Made by a program: the position numbers and the translations under genes. A DNA stretch of 59,763 bases from a virus. The notes under the pieces are model-generated. The model had not been told where the DNA came from. It saw only the letters and a program-made list of their open reading frames with translations, and did no database searches. Positions 58,503-59,763 of the stretch are shown here, one piece after another (position 1 is the first letter of the stretch; each line of letters begins with the position of its first letter). Where the stretch lies: positions 74,764 to 134,526 of IMG/VR virus record IMGVR_UViG_3300047496_000204, one strand, 5' to 3'.

Positions 58503-58949
58503 ATGAATCCTTTTTTACTTCCTCCTAAACCGCGTTTATCTGAATGGAAAAAATTGCGGGATTCTCTCAAAGATTTAGTTGAAATTGATCAGTTAAATGC
58601 TGTAGCTAAGTATTGGGCTCAGGCTCCTTTGCTTAATATTGCTTATGATCCAGAAAGATTGGATTTATATCCATCGCCATGGGAAATGATGAACGCTAAT
58701 AAATGGTGTCGAAATTCAATCGCTGTTGGCATGGATTTCACTTTACGATTAAGCGGTTGGGAGACTGCGCGGTTGATTGTGAAAATGATGCGGGATTATG
58801 ATATTTCTGATCAAAAATTGATCTTAGAAATTGACGGTGACAAACTACTTAACTATGATTATGGTATCGTTTCAAACATACCAAAAACAAAATTTGTCAT
58901 ACTTAATTCATGGAATTTTTCGAACAAAAACTATTCTCAAAAAACATAA
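58503..58949 (+). CDS. Conserved late hypothetical protein
   Basis: RL..WK.LR, W..AP, PWE, C motifs; TAAATA 5 nt upstream. Confidence 0.75.
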   Translation: MNPFLLPPKPRLSEWKKLRDSLKDLVEIDQLNAVAKYWAQAPLLNIAYDPERLDLYPSPWEMMNANKWCRNSIAVGMDFTLRLSGWETARLIVKMMRDYDISDQKLILEIDGDKLLNYDYGIVSNIPKTKFVILNSWNFSNKNYSQKT

Positions 58950-59041
58950 TTTATACCGTCAAATAAAATATAAAGACCGGTTTGAAACTATTTTAAGCTT
59001 ACTAAATAATCTCTCCCCTACTCAATTATAAGGCAATATCT

Positions 59042-59763
59042 ATGGAAATCTCTCAATCAATTCTTTCTGATATAACAGTATATATGAAATATGCTAAGTT
59101 TTTACCGCATATACAAAGACGAGAAAATTGGAAAGAACTTATTGATCGTAATAAGCTAATGCATATTACAAAATTTCCTCATTTATCTGAAGAAATTTCT
59201 GAAGCGTACCAATTCGTATATGATAAGAAAATACTTCCTTCAATGCGTTCCATTCAATTTGCGGGTAAACCCATAGAATTAAATAATACTAGACTTTATA
59301 ATTGTTGTTTTCTTCCAGTGGATCATTACGCTGCATTTAGCGAGATTATGTTTCTTTTATTATCTGGAACTGGTGTTGGGTATTCTGTTCAAAATCACCA
59401 CATAGAAAAATTACCTTCGATAACGAAGCCAACCAAAACTCGACGCTATTTAATTGGAGATAGCATTGAAGGTTGGGCAGATGCCGTTAAAGTTCTGGTC
59501 AAGGCTTATTTGTCCGGAAATCCTATGCCTTTATTCGATTTTAATGATATTCGGGTCAAAGGAGCAATGTTAATTACTGCCGGTGGAAAAGCTCCTGGTC
59601 CAGAACCACTTAAAGATTGTTTACATAATATCCAAAAGATTTTTGATCGTAAAGAAAACGGTGAAAATTTAACTTCTCTGGAAGTACATGATATTTGTTG
59701 TTTTATAGCAGATGCAGTTCTATCAGGAGGTATACGTCGATCTGCTATGATATCGTTATTCGA
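59042..59763 (+). CDS. nrdJ: Class II (B12-dependent) ribonucleotide reductase, 5' part
   Basis: Own translation: KYA..RRENW, ILPSMRS, YNCCF, GTGVGYSVQ, GGKAPGPEPL, VLSGGIRRSAMI. Confidence 0.88.
   Translation, partial: MEISQSILSDITVYMKYAKFLPHIQRRENWKELIDRNKLMHITKFPHLSEEISEAYQFVYDKKILPSMRSIQFAGKPIELNNTRLYNCCFLPVDHYAAFSEIMFLLLSGTGVGYSVQNHHIEKLPSITKPTKTRRYLIGDSIEGWADAVKVLVKAYLSGNPMPLFDFNDIRVKGAMLITAGGKAPGPEPLKDCLHNIQKIFDRKENGENLTSLEVHDICCFIADAVLSGGIRRSAMISLF

Noticed and set aside
1264-59031. Numerous 60-130 aa antisense or nested ORFs in the track
   Set aside because: Shadow frames of longer motif-bearing genes, with no start signals
1-59763. Genome-wide stop-codon reassignment (TAG or TGA)
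   Set aside because: Only one internal TAG and one internal TGA seen; both codons end many full-length genes and ATGA overlaps are common

Overview
AT-rich segment of a large lytic dsDNA (jumbo, T4-like superfamily) phage genome; an alphaproteobacterial host is a weak inference from a few accessory genes. Core genes: UvsW-like helicase, gp61-like primase, gp41/DnaB-like helicase, a 202-aa stand-alone DnaE-like catalytic core, PD-(D/E)xK exonuclease, class II ribonucleotide reductase (runs off the end), Hsp20, PyrE, an AAA+ ATPase with a class 3 intein, four free-standing homing endonucleases and a block of probable head/virion genes. Main candidate system: a modular virion cargo arsenal. Late genes have a TAAATA promoter 4-6 nt before the ATG (leaderless) and start with a T4 capsid-targeting-like leader (M-R/K/L-x-x-E/D-L/I). 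They encode polyproteins whose modules (GNAT, ART-like, a seven-copy YVW-H domain, or single kinase domains) are joined by [ILVM]-x-E prohead-protease-like sites. A 114-bp duplication shows a promoter being copied between two leader-bearing genes. Other highlights: an ArfA-like gene with an intragenic terminator (nonstop mRNA), several multi-hairpin ncRNA candidates, a GC-rich foreign island with a broken PolA fragment, and many lesions (mostly single-base) confined to accessory genes. All family calls come from motif recognition by eye; no searches were run.
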